A stretch of DNA of 64,000 bases from Patescibacteria group bacterium (GTDB lineage Bacteria; Patescibacteriota; Patescibacteriia; Patescibacteriales; UBA12465). Where the stretch lies: the NCBI GenBank assembly GCA_023229115.1, contig JALNZW010000003.1, positions 1,664-65,663 of the forward strand, read 5' to 3'. The translations under genes were made by a program, and so were the position numbers. Of this stretch, positions 9,548 through 19,131 are shown piece by piece. Below the pieces are notes generated by a model. The model saw only the letters and a program-made list of their open reading frames with translations, was not told the origin of the DNA and did no database searches. Position 1 is the stretch's first letter. Each line of letters begins with the position of its first letter.

Positions 9548-10204
9548 TTAATCCCAAGTATCTAAACCGCTTCCAGATAAAGGAATTACATCACCTAAAT
9601 ATTTTGGTTTTGAATTAAAAGTAATATTTAACCAAGCTTTAACTTTAGCTAAGACCTCTCTCCTGTTTCTAGTATCCTCACCATAGTATCTTTGCAAATC
9701 AGCGCTGACTCCACAACTATCTATTTCTAATTTATCAGCTATATATAAAGCTCTTGGCAGATGGAAATCTTGTGTTACAACAATCAGTGAATCGGCTTGA
9801 AATATTTCTTTAGCTCTATAAAGACTATCGTAGGTATCAAATCCTGCGTGATCTAAAAAAATATCTTCTGGTTTTATATTATTTTCCAACAAATATTCTT
9901 TAGCAGTATTTACCTCATCATACTCCACTTGCCCATGATCCCCACTAACTAAAATTTTATCCACCTTACCTGTGTTATATAACTCAATGGCTGTTTTGAC
10001 TCTATCTCTAAAAATATCACTCAAATTACCATTGTTCCAAACTTTAGCACCGAGAACTAAGGCAGCTTGCTTGTGGGTATTATCTAAATCACATAAATTA
10101 TTGCCAATTCGATTAATATTGATGTTGATTGCATAAATAGAACCTATCAAAACTATTATACAAATAATAAATATGGTTAATATTTTTTTCATAAACTTTA
10201 CCAA
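9548..10204 (-). CDS. SanA/YdcF/ElyC (DUF218) family protein
   Basis: ALVLGA, ILVSGDHG..YDEV, DHAGFDTYDS, VTQDFHLPRA; start may be second Met at 10192. Confidence 0.9.
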   Translation of the reverse strand: MVKFMKKILTIFIICIIVLIGSIYAINININRIGNNLCDLDNTHKQAALVLGAKVWNNGNLSDIFRDRVKTAIELYNTGKVDKILVSGDHGQVEYDEVNTAKEYLLENNIKPEDIFLDHAGFDTYDSLYRAKEIFQADSLIVVTQDFHLPRALYIADKLEIDSCGVSADLQRYYGEDTRNRREVLAKVKAWLNITFNSKPKYLGDVIPLSGSGLDTWD

Positions 10205-11088
10205 TAAATTACATTTTCACTATCTGACCAGAATACATTTTCATATCTATCTTTAGACAACCTATTATTCTGTTTAATAATCTCACCTTTTTCTGTATCA
10301 AAAACAAACAATGTCCAATATTCATTTTTTGTATCATAATCAACAGATTCAATCTGTGCCTCAATAGCCAACCTGCTACTGTCAGGAGAAAAAACTATAT
10401 GGTTAAAATCAAGTAATTTGGTTTCTTTAAAACGTGTAATAAAAAACCCATCATTAATATCATCTAAATTTAATAAACGCAAACTTAAATTTTGGTTGTT
10501 ACAACTATGATTAATTTCCATAACAGGTGGATTTTTAACACATTCACTTTCTAAAAAGACCACCTTCTCACCGTCAGACGATTTAGCAACTAACTTACCT
10601 TTAGATGGTAGTTCCACTGTTTTTCTTGTCCTGAAATCTAAATAATAATTAGTAAACGGTCCATTATATAATTTTGAATCTTGCGGATAATACCAAGCTG
10701 ACCCAACTAAGGTATCCCTAGATAAAGGTGTAAGTATTGGATCTATATAGTATGTGTAAAAACCCAAAGAATCTTTAATCTCTCCATTTTGCATTATTCT
10801 AGTCCAGCCAACACCAAAATCAGTATCTTCTCCTATGTGATCAAAAGAAAATATATCATCATATTTATCTATGCTAAAAATAGATGGTTGGTTAAAACTT
10901 AAAATCTGTCCTGATAAATTATTAAACTCATTATCAATATCATCAAGCTTATTTTGTATATGACAATTAAAATATGGCGGTTGTATCAAACAAGCATCAC
11001 CACGTTTAAACCAGTAGATAAAAATAGCAACTATTGCTAATATTATTATGGCTAAAATTATACAAATTTTTCTTTTCATATTGTTCAT
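10198..11088 (-). CDS. Membrane-anchored protein with TolB/WD40-like beta-propeller repeats
   Basis: N-terminal TM; SSDGEKVVF, FSPDSSRLAI, VFWSDSE repeats. Confidence 0.55.
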   Translation of the reverse strand: MNNMKRKICIILAIIILAIVAIFIYWFKRGDACLIQPPYFNCHIQNKLDDIDNEFNNLSGQILSFNQPSIFSIDKYDDIFSFDHIGEDTDFGVGWTRIMQNGEIKDSLGFYTYYIDPILTPLSRDTLVGSAWYYPQDSKLYNGPFTNYYLDFRTRKTVELPSKGKLVAKSSDGEKVVFLESECVKNPPVMEINHSCNNQNLSLRLLNLDDINDGFFITRFKETKLLDFNHIVFSPDSSRLAIEAQIESVDYDTKNEYWTLFVFDTEKGEIIKQNNRLSKDRYENVFWSDSENVIYW

Positions 11089-11109
11089 TATACCTTATTT
11101 AAGACAAAC

Positions 11110-11135
11110 AAAAAACACCTCTAGAGGTGTTTTTT
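11110..11135. terminator. Perfect palindrome / terminator
   Basis: AAAAAACACCTCTAGAGGTGTTTTTT. Confidence 0.6.
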
Positions 11136-11146
11136 GAAAATATATA

Positions 11147-12202
11147 CTATTTCTTCCAAACATTCTTTGCAAACTTCCATCCATATTTTGCAATAATAAG
11201 CATAATAAACAGATAGATAATATATTGTAGAATTAGGAATAACAATGATACTAGATTAATAGTAATATCTTGTGCAACCGTATTAATATCTCTAACAAAA
11301 GATTTTACTGCTACTTTCCATGATTCTTTTAAATTTTGCCCATCAATAAACTTATTCTCCACTACTCGAACATTAAAATATGTATATTCTAGTCGATCAA
11401 GCTGTTCCGCTTTAGATCTATTAATTCTTTCTAATTGTGCATTTATATTTATCTTTTCCTGAGTTAATCTTTCAATAATTCTTATTTTACTATCAATAAT
11501 TTTAGCTAGACTTTCTACGTCTTGAGTTCTGGTAGCTAAATCTGTAATATCGTCATAAGAGCTAACTGCATTATTTAGAGTTTCCTCAATAGAAGCCATT
11601 TTCTTTTCCAATATTTCTACTTCGCTAGTGTAGTCGTCAATTAATCTTTTAATGGTATATGTATTTTCATTTAATTCTTTAGGATCTAGTTCTTCAATAA
11701 TAGCTAATATCTCATTAACACTATCATGCTTAACTTTAAAATTATAATTACAGCTTCTTTCATATTCATTGGCATTTTCAAAAATTACATCTTCGTTTGA
11801 TTTCAGGTCAGCAACTTTTTTGCAAGTATCTTCTAGATGACGGGTTTCAATATTTGCACCATACTCAGTGACTTCGAAATCTTCAGCATCATCTCCCATT
11901 GTAGCTGTATTATCCATTGGGGGCATGAACGGTTCTGTGGCTATCACATTTCTTATAGATAAACCAACTGAACCACCCGATTCGCCATAACCCATATCTT
12001 TCATAGCGTATTCTTCATCATCCATGTCAAACATAGCATCCTGCGTGACCACACTTCTACCATTAGACCCAGGAGTTAAAGATTTAAAAGAAGATCCGAT
12101 TAAACGAAAGGCTAAAGTAATTACAATAATTACCACTAAGGCTAACCCAGCAATTTTAAAAATATTGGCTGGTTTTAAATTAAGATTGTTTGGAAATTGC
12201 AT
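11147..12202 (-). CDS. DUF4349-like membrane-anchored coiled-coil protein
   Basis: N- and C-terminal TM, central coiled coil, LDRLEYTYFNV pattern. Confidence 0.6.
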   Translation of the reverse strand: MQFPNNLNLKPANIFKIAGLALVVIIVITLAFRLIGSSFKSLTPGSNGRSVVTQDAMFDMDDEEYAMKDMGYGESGGSVGLSIRNVIATEPFMPPMDNTATMGDDAEDFEVTEYGANIETRHLEDTCKKVADLKSNEDVIFENANEYERSCNYNFKVKHDSVNEILAIIEELDPKELNENTYTIKRLIDDYTSEVEILEKKMASIEETLNNAVSSYDDITDLATRTQDVESLAKIIDSKIRIIERLTQEKININAQLERINRSKAEQLDRLEYTYFNVRVVENKFIDGQNLKESWKVAVKSFVRDINTVAQDITINLVSLLFLILQYIIYLFIMLIIAKYGWKFAKNVWKK

Positions 12203-12403
12203 ATGAGTTATTTAAGAGTCAATTATTAATTAATAAATAAATATATATTTTATATTATATCAGATTTTGATAAAAAATAACATTTTTTAACCAAACAAAA
12301 AATACCTCGAATTTGAGATATTTTTTGCAACCTACTACGCATTTCAGTTCGAACCCCTTTCCCAGTAGGAAATAAAAGTATCGAACTAAAAATTGTTTTT
12401 GGC

Positions 12404-12451
12404 TAATATTAGACGCGTATGGGTCTCTCGAAACGCGCACTAGGTTGGCTC
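12404..12451 (-). repeat. Degenerate direct repeat of tRNA-Asn 3' end plus trailer (candidate att scar)
   Basis: taatattagacg..ggtct..cacta..gttggctc in same order and near-equal spacing (40 vs 42 bp) as 21319-21368. Confidence 0.6.
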
Positions 12452-12528
12452 TGCGGATTACATATTTTCAGAGTTATTTAACATATTCCCTGCGATTAAA
12501 ATTAGTATGGGCAAACTGGAAAAAATAA

Positions 12529-13191
12529 TTAATTAATCAAAATCAGCCAAGCTTTTAAATTTTCTTTTTTTGTAAATTTATTTAGTTTTCTCCCATATCT
12601 ATTCGCCATAACACTTAGAATATAATTTATAGTTTTTTCCATTATTTCTAAGCGATCACCCGTAAACACAGCTTCTTCATTTGGTTCAAAGTTTTTATGA
12701 TAGTTCTCTATATGTATTCTATTTCTAAGCCATGCAAAATTATCTAAATATTTATAGATATTGCCATTTTCACTAAAGAGCAAATTGAATTTTCTGCAAT
12801 AATCGATAATTTCTTTAAAGTCATATCTTTTCATGGCGTAATACTTTTGAGCCTCTCCAGTGAGAACGTCAATTCTTTCTTTTTGCCTTTTGTCTTTTCC
12901 AATTTTAGATTTTATTTTTAAGACATCGTCTGAGGCCAAGCATTCTGGTAAATCATTAGTTGCGTTATCTAACCTTATTAACAAATCTATTAGTATTGCC
13001 TCTATAATCGAAACTAAAAAAATTGTGATCGGTTTATTATAACACATAGCATCTTCCTCCAAACCATTTTTCTTCGCTTCATACAATAAAAAAAGTATTT
13101 TAAAATTGTAAATTATATTGCCTCCTATATTAAAATTCCAGATAAATTCAGATAAATACATTGTTACTTCGGTTTTGTCATACTTAAACAT
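12529..13191 (-). CDS. HEPN-like putative RNase
   Basis: All-helical; SIIEAIL helix and LRNRIH motif (R-x3-H variant of HEPN RxxxxH). Confidence 0.5.
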   Translation of the reverse strand: MFKYDKTEVTMYLSEFIWNFNIGGNIIYNFKILFLLYEAKKNGLEEDAMCYNKPITIFLVSIIEAILIDLLIRLDNATNDLPECLASDDVLKIKSKIGKDKRQKERIDVLTGEAQKYYAMKRYDFKEIIDYCRKFNLLFSENGNIYKYLDNFAWLRNRIHIENYHKNFEPNEEAVFTGDRLEIMEKTINYILSVMANRYGRKLNKFTKKENLKAWLILIN

Positions 13192-13245
13192 GGTGGTTAA
13201 ACTAAAAGATATTATCCAATTAAATTTTATATATTAAACTAAAAT

Positions 13246-15021
13246 TTAAAACCCCTTACCTCCAAACAGTAAATCATCTTTATCTAATTTTCTTACAATG
13301 TTTTCTTTCTCAATATCAAACCCCTGAGGGACATCACTTTTAATCATGCTAACAATAAGTTGGACATCATACTGAGTACTATAACGTTTAAAAAGTTTGA
13401 TAAAATTTTTCACAGGGTTATCCCCCCAATTTTCCAAGCCGCCATCTAAATAACAAAAGTTAAAATATGAATATTTAGAATAATACAATAAGATGGCTAC
13501 AATAAACGCCACGCACTGCACTCTTGTGGCGGTGTAACCGTCTCCCTTGCCTGTTAATTTTGCTTGATTTAGCGTAACTGTTTTAAAATCTACATTATTT
13601 TCCTTATTCATATTAATGCCAATAACTGCAGTATCATCCATAGACTCTTTATATATTTCGCTAAAAATATTTTGAATTTCCCTATATTCATTTCCAGAAA
13701 GCACCTTATCGACTTCGTTTTTTATTTCATCTATAATAACCTCAATTTTTCTTTTTAGTTGTTGAACGCCTTCTTCGAGTTTCTTAATATCACTAATATT
13801 ATCCAACTGATTTCTATAATCCTTAATTTCAGATTCAATATCAATAATATCGCGCTGATAAATTTTAAACTTAACGAAAGTGTCTTTTTCTTTTAATGTC
13901 TCAAGCGCAAAAAAGCGTTTTTCATTATATTCAATCAACTTTGTTTGGATACTTTCTAATTCATTTTCAAGTTCCACAAGCTCCTCTTTTAAATACTTTT
14001 CTCTTTCCTTTGTTATATCTCTTTCAAAGCTAATTAAGTCTTCGTAATCATTAACCAATTCCTTGGGAAAATAAATTTTTGCCTCATTAAAAATTTTTTC
14101 AATTTCTTTTAAATCAACACTTTCCCGGCTTTCTATAGATTCGTTTATCTTATCTTTTTCATAAGTTACATAGTATTTTCTTGAATTTAAATCAGAAATA
14201 TTTTTCTCAATATCTTCAATTAAATCCTTATTTAATCCGGCTTCCTTTGCAAAAAAATTAAATTGGTCTATTTTTCTCTGCACAGATTCTCTTTCTTTAT
14301 TTTTTGTATCAATTATAGTTTGAATTATATTTTTTTCGTCAGACACACCATTCTCATTCGATTTTCTTTTAATATAACGCTCTTCGTGAGAAATATCATC
14401 TGCGAGTTCAAATTTGTCCAACAATAAAACGCCATTGCCTCCAAATAAGTCAAACAAAAATGGTTTCCAGTACCTATCTTTACTCTTAAAACTTTTCATT
14501 TTAAAAATATCGCCGTATTCATCCTGTTTTCTAAGAATGTATTTCAAAAAGTGACGGTAATTGTGATCCTGAAGCTTATTAAAGTTTAAATATGACTCCA
14601 ATATTTTAACAGCATTCTGTTCATTTGACTTAGTGTTTATAGACACTTCAGTATAGTCCCATGAGTCCATATCTATATTTGTAAAATCCTGATTCTTTTC
14701 TTCATGCAACTTAAAAGAGACTCTTGAACTAATATTTACGCTTCTTCTTATTGTTAAATACTTTCCACTATTTAATTTTATTTCAAGAAAAAATGTCCAA
14801 TCACGAAACTCAAGATAATTTTTTTTAAAAAAATCGCTTTGTTTTTTGAGTAATAAAAAATCAATTAAATAAACTAATGCTGTTTTACCTAAATTATGTT
14901 CATGAAATTTTCCATCTTTGTCAACCTCATTCACGACATCACCAAAAACAATATTCAAACCTTTATCGAATAATATTGGCTTCATTTTTAAATTGTTCGA
15001 ATATATTTTGCTCAACATCAT
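13246..15021 (-). CDS. DUF2326 SMC-like ABC ATPase of ABC three-component (Lamassu LmuB-like) system
   Basis: GLNIVFG..HNLGKT Walker A, long coiled coil, GKGDG degenerate signature, FCYLDG Walker B. Confidence 0.8.
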   Translation of the reverse strand: MMLSKIYSNNLKMKPILFDKGLNIVFGDVVNEVDKDGKFHEHNLGKTALVYLIDFLLLKKQSDFFKKNYLEFRDWTFFLEIKLNSGKYLTIRRSVNISSRVSFKLHEEKNQDFTNIDMDSWDYTEVSINTKSNEQNAVKILESYLNFNKLQDHNYRHFLKYILRKQDEYGDIFKMKSFKSKDRYWKPFLFDLFGGNGVLLLDKFELADDISHEERYIKRKSNENGVSDEKNIIQTIIDTKNKERESVQRKIDQFNFFAKEAGLNKDLIEDIEKNISDLNSRKYYVTYEKDKINESIESRESVDLKEIEKIFNEAKIYFPKELVNDYEDLISFERDITKEREKYLKEELVELENELESIQTKLIEYNEKRFFALETLKEKDTFVKFKIYQRDIIDIESEIKDYRNQLDNISDIKKLEEGVQQLKRKIEVIIDEIKNEVDKVLSGNEYREIQNIFSEIYKESMDDTAVIGINMNKENNVDFKTVTLNQAKLTGKGDGYTATRVQCVAFIVAILLYYSKYSYFNFCYLDGGLENWGDNPVKNFIKLFKRYSTQYDVQLIVSMIKSDVPQGFDIEKENIVRKLDKDDLLFGGKGF

Positions 15022-15254
15022 AAAACAAATTCTATTACATCTTTATTTTTATAATACTTAATTTTTCTTATTGCGAATAAAAAACAAAGTGATTTTAAAT
15101 ATAAACCCTTTACTCGCTGACCTTTTATAACGATCAGTCTCCGAAGTAAATCATCATATCCAATTATTTTATTTTCCATCAGAATTTTTAACAACACAGA
15201 GCTAATATTTAAAACAGAGTATTCTAAATTTAAATGTTTTGTTGGTTTTAACAT
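15018..15254 (-). CDS. ABC three-component middle component (LmuC-like), 78 aa
   Basis: Start reassigned to MLKPTKHLNLEYSVL (ATG 15254) to avoid overlap; L.FLFA..KI.Y....D.I C-terminus typical of middle components. Confidence 0.7.
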   Translation of the reverse strand: MLKPTKHLNLEYSVLNISSVLLKILMENKIIGYDDLLRRLIVIKGQRVKGLYLKSLCFLFAIRKIKYYKNKDVIEFVL

Positions 15255-15258
15255 AATA

Positions 15259-16236
15259 TTATGGATTAATACCAAGATCACAATTGAAATACATATAATG
15301 AAGAAGCGTAAATATTTTTCTTTTATCGTATCCCAAGTCTTTAGTAAATTTTTCTTCCACTCTATTATAAACTTCTTGAAAAAACTCAGAAATACTATAA
15401 TATTCATCCTTTTTTGAAATATAAATTTCTTGGAGTTCGTTAAAAACAGAATTATAACAATTTAAAACTTCTTCATTAGCGTCTTCGCTCAAAAAAGATC
15501 TAATAGGGAGATGATGCCTAATATTTTTTCTAACTATATTTTCAAAATAATCTGAAGACATATTATTCTTAATATTCTTTATCTTAATGTCTTTTCTGGT
15601 CGGAATTTTAGTTATTTTCATCTCTGCGATTACGCCATTCTTAATTTCATCGCGAAGTTTTAATACCAAATTTTTTATATCCTCTTCGTTTAAACGAATC
15701 GGTTCATGTAAATTAATTTTAATGTAATCTGCTATATTAATATCTAATATTTTTAAAAGTTTTGACCATTTAACGGGGCTTAGTTGATTAATATCATTGA
15801 CAAGGTCGAAAATATCTTTAATTTGTGTTGTTTTATCAAAATTAAATTTTCCATCAATCTCCTTTTCAAAATCAACAGATTTATACCCACCAGAGCTTTT
15901 TTTACCAATAATAAAAATTATTAACTCGGGAAATTCAAGCGCTCTTGTCGAATGGCTTCTAAGAGTGTCTTTAATTTTTTCAGATCTACTTTCTGACGTT
16001 ATCTGATATGCCACTCCAGCACCTTTGTCACCAAGATCAATGCCTTTTATATTTTTTTCTACCTGATTTAAATTTTTTAAATTAAGATTATAGATTTCAT
16101 TCAAAAAAGTACAAAAAAAATCCTCACTTTTTTTATGAATATCAAATAAACACTGAGAGCCTCTTTGCTCAACATTATTTCGCAATACTCCGAGAGCATC
16201 ACTAATTTGCAAATTAATACCTATACTTTTTAACAT
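15259..16236 (-). CDS. SMEK-domain (restriction endonuclease-like) effector with ABC-3C C-terminal domain (LmuA-like)
   Basis: FDIHKKSEDFF..LKNLN..KGIDLGD..AYQITS..KIKDTL; C-terminal LLHYMYFNCDLG. Confidence 0.8.
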   Translation of the reverse strand: MLKSIGINLQISDALGVLRNNVEQRGSQCLFDIHKKSEDFFCTFLNEIYNLNLKNLNQVEKNIKGIDLGDKGAGVAYQITSESRSEKIKDTLRSHSTRALEFPELIIFIIGKKSSGGYKSVDFEKEIDGKFNFDKTTQIKDIFDLVNDINQLSPVKWSKLLKILDINIADYIKINLHEPIRLNEEDIKNLVLKLRDEIKNGVIAEMKITKIPTRKDIKIKNIKNNMSSDYFENIVRKNIRHHLPIRSFLSEDANEEVLNCYNSVFNELQEIYISKKDEYYSISEFFQEVYNRVEEKFTKDLGYDKRKIFTLLHYMYFNCDLGINP

Positions 16237-16380
16237 TTAACTTTAATTATACATCCTTAATGCAAACATAAAATGTGTGAAAAATTGCGTTTTTAGATAT
16301 ATAGAAAAACAATTTTAATATCTTTATTTTAACAGAAAAACCGTTTTAAATCAAAATGACATTCATAAACAAAAAGACGC

Positions 16381-17631
16381 CTAAACGGCGTCTCTTAGTG
16401 ATTCTCCTAATTTTTTAATAACTCCGACAACTAAAGCATTGCCCATAATGAATGCTCTTTTAATATCAGGAGCCATTTCAGTATGATTATCAGGAAACAT
16501 ATTTAATCTTTCAAGCTCCAAAGGCATTAATCTTCTCAGCCTTCCTGACTTTGTCTTTATTACATGTTTAAATCTTGATGGAGATGTTCCTCCTTCACCA
16601 GTAACTATTGTTCGAGAAGGTTTATTAATTAAATCAGGAAAGGCCATTTTTCCTTCAGAATAATTATACTCATGTCCGTCTTTAGATTTCCTTGGTGCCG
16701 TCTTTCCACCCTTTAAATATTCCCACCTCTTGATATCAGCAGGTTTAATAAAAAACTCTTCGGGAACTTTTTTTTCATCAATTAAAAAGTCTCCCAATAT
16801 TGAACTCTTACCCTTATAATCTGATTCAACCTTCATTGTTGTTACATGCCCGTTTATCATTACTCCGGCGTTTTCAAATGGACTCTTCGATGGCATATCC
16901 TTTGAAAATTTTTCAGAAACATAAACATAATCAGTGCCAATTTCAAATTGACTAAATTTAACCACGTCTTGATTAACCTTAAAAGCCTTAGCTATTAAAC
17001 CATCATTATTTATCCATTTCTTTTTATCTTTACAGGCTAAAACTTTTTTCCAAATAGATGTATTTTGTTTATAACCCATTATATAAATACGCCGACGACG
17101 TTGAGGAAAACCATAATCAGCGGCATTAATAACTCTCCACTCTACTGCGTAACCGAGTTTAGCTAAAGAGGACAACATAATAGCAAAATCACGACCTCTT
17201 TGTTTAACAGGAGATTTTAATAATCGATCAACATTTTCCAATAATAGAAACTTAGGAGTATTTTTGCCCTTCTTATTGAGAATATTAAAAATAGACCACC
17301 ATAGAACTCCTTTCTTTCCCTCCAGCCCTTTTGATTGCTTAAGTGTCCTGGCAACTGAATAATCTTGGCAAGGAAAACCGCCAACTAATAAATCATGATT
17401 AGGAATGTCATCAAATTTCATATCAACCACCTCTTGTATATCTTCACAAGAGTGTCCTTTACCACCAAAACGAGCCACATAAATATCTGAAGCATACTGT
17501 TTTTTGGCTCCTGGCTCCCACTGACTACTCCAAACAACTCTATATTTTGTATTATTATTACTGGCACCCTCAAGACCAATTCGAAAACCGCCCACACCAG
17601 CAAAAAGCTCAACGATTTTTATCTCCTTCAT
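16381..17631 (-). CDS. DNA cytosine-5 methyltransferase (M.Sau3AI-like)
   Basis: ELFAGVGG, GGFPCQDYS, ENV, QRRRR, MGNAL motifs. Confidence 0.95.
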   Translation of the reverse strand: MKEIKIVELFAGVGGFRIGLEGASNNNTKYRVVWSSQWEPGAKKQYASDIYVARFGGKGHSCEDIQEVVDMKFDDIPNHDLLVGGFPCQDYSVARTLKQSKGLEGKKGVLWWSIFNILNKKGKNTPKFLLLENVDRLLKSPVKQRGRDFAIMLSSLAKLGYAVEWRVINAADYGFPQRRRRIYIMGYKQNTSIWKKVLACKDKKKWINNDGLIAKAFKVNQDVVKFSQFEIGTDYVYVSEKFSKDMPSKSPFENAGVMINGHVTTMKVESDYKGKSSILGDFLIDEKKVPEEFFIKPADIKRWEYLKGGKTAPRKSKDGHEYNYSEGKMAFPDLINKPSRTIVTGEGGTSPSRFKHVIKTKSGRLRRLMPLELERLNMFPDNHTEMAPDIKRAFIMGNALVVGVIKKLGESLRDAV

Positions 17632-17651
17632 AATATTTCTCTAATTAATAA

Positions 17652-17691
17652 GCTATGCATGTAGCATAGCATATCAAAAAAAATTGATCAA
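17652..17691 (-). promoter_or_regulatory. Putative MTase promoter TTGATC-N17-TATGCT (extended -10) overlapping a GCTATGC-N5-GCATAGC inverted repeat
   Basis: -35 at 17691-17686, -10 at 17668-17663, TG upstream of -10; 7-5-7 palindrome at 17652-17670. Confidence 0.55.
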
Positions 17692-17697
17692 CACCCC

Positions 17698-19125
17698 TTA
17701 TTTTTCGAGGTTTTTCCTTATATAATCAGCATTAAGCCAGAAACAATGTTTCGTATAAAACTTACTACCTGTAAATTCATCTTCCGTTGGAAGTTCTATT
17801 ACATCAGAGGAATCCTTTCCATGAGGCCTAACATGTGCAACTCCATTAAACTTTGATGTTGGAAAGAAGGTAAATCTTCTTTCTTTGCCATTTTTATATT
17901 TTTTTATTTCTTTAACTATTTTACCTTTATCAACTAATTTCTTAGTCTTGCTCCAAACACTCTCAGCGTAGTTCATGTCAGAGGCGGGAAAGTTCCAAAA
18001 TTTATAGCCCTCAAAATGAATTAGATCTTTTGTCTTATCTTTATCTTTCCTAAAAATTATAAACAAAAACCTATCTTCTTCTAACATCTTGAAGAAATTA
18101 GTTTCCTCCCATTTCTGTTTCAGAATTTGTTTATAGTTAAAATATGGAAACGAGATTGATTCTTTTAATTTACCATTACTTTCTAACACCACAACTTTCA
18201 TTGTGACATTAGATTTCTCAAACTCCTCAACCTTATTAGCTGATATGCCGAGCATGAGATTGGCAAGTAATCTTTTATATTGCTTAGTTTTCTTATTAAC
18301 CTTAAGGCCAATCTCAGAAAGTATCTGTTTATCAGACATCCCAATAAAAGGAGCTAATCTATCATCAACAGACTTATCTATTGTCTTTCCTTTTTCGGAT
18401 ATAGATTGAATATCCCCCTCCAATCCCATAATCTTTTCATGGAGAATAAAATTTAAATAGTTTTGCTTCAAAGAAAAGGCTCTTGGCTTTGCTTGTATGT
18501 CAGAGTTTGGCTGCTTTCTTGTAATAGAACTATTAGCCGCCTTCGTGCAAGCACCGAGATAAAAAGTCTCGCCCTCTGAAAGTAAATGCGCCTCCCCTCT
18601 TTTAATTTTATTTATAATATACTCCCAATCATTCTTAATCTGCAAAGCATCTTCAGCAGAAATCTTGTTCACTAAATCAAGTTCATAAAGAAACTTAAAT
18701 TTATATTCCAATAAACTTAGGTCGCTCTCATAAAGATAAAACATAAGTAATATTAACTTATTCTTATCCAAAAATGAACTATGCTCCCAATCTTCTAATA
18801 CAACAGATACATAGTCTATCATTGAGAATACAAGGCGTTCTTTAACGGCATATTCTTTGCTTTTATGTTTTTTTATTGGCGTTGTTTTTAATTCAACTCC
18901 GGCAATCTTAAAGTCAGCCTCATGTCTATTGTCCACCAAAGCCTGGTTAAATACATATTTTTGAACAAGTTGACCAAGAAATCCTTTTCTTTTTTTTCCG
19001 TGTTTTTCTATATCTCTTTTTGCCTCAGCAACATCATCTTTTTCCATCACATCAAGAAGGCGCTTATCCATAAAGGCTAAGGCATCATTAAAGACTTCTT
19101 CTTTTGTGTTATAAACTTTTAACAT
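17698..19125 (-). CDS. Sau3AI/MutH-family type II restriction endonuclease
   Basis: KGFLGQLV, ADFKIAGVELKTTP, KERL, LGACTK, RAFSLK, HVRPHG, FWLN; two MutH-like halves; adjacent C5-MTase. Confidence 0.9.
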   Translation of the reverse strand: MLKVYNTKEEVFNDALAFMDKRLLDVMEKDDVAEAKRDIEKHGKKRKGFLGQLVQKYVFNQALVDNRHEADFKIAGVELKTTPIKKHKSKEYAVKERLVFSMIDYVSVVLEDWEHSSFLDKNKLILLMFYLYESDLSLLEYKFKFLYELDLVNKISAEDALQIKNDWEYIINKIKRGEAHLLSEGETFYLGACTKAANSSITRKQPNSDIQAKPRAFSLKQNYLNFILHEKIMGLEGDIQSISEKGKTIDKSVDDRLAPFIGMSDKQILSEIGLKVNKKTKQYKRLLANLMLGISANKVEEFEKSNVTMKVVVLESNGKLKESISFPYFNYKQILKQKWEETNFFKMLEEDRFLFIIFRKDKDKTKDLIHFEGYKFWNFPASDMNYAESVWSKTKKLVDKGKIVKEIKKYKNGKERRFTFFPTSKFNGVAHVRPHGKDSSDVIELPTEDEFTGSKFYTKHCFWLNADYIRKNLEK

Positions 19126-19131
19126 AAATTA

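Noticed and set aside
12255-12440. 61-aa ORF and tRNA-like GTTCGAACCCC at ~12347
   Set aside because: Overlaps the repeat; no cloverleaf; could be a recombinase/att remnant but too short to support
12476-12503. dif/pdif-like site (ATATGTTAAAT on minus)
   Set aside because: Only the XerD-like arm matches; no XerC arm at 6-bp spacing
15255-15407. N-terminal 51 aa of ORF 15018-15407
   Set aside because: Overlaps the upstream effector gene; internal ATG 15254 gives a typical middle-component start
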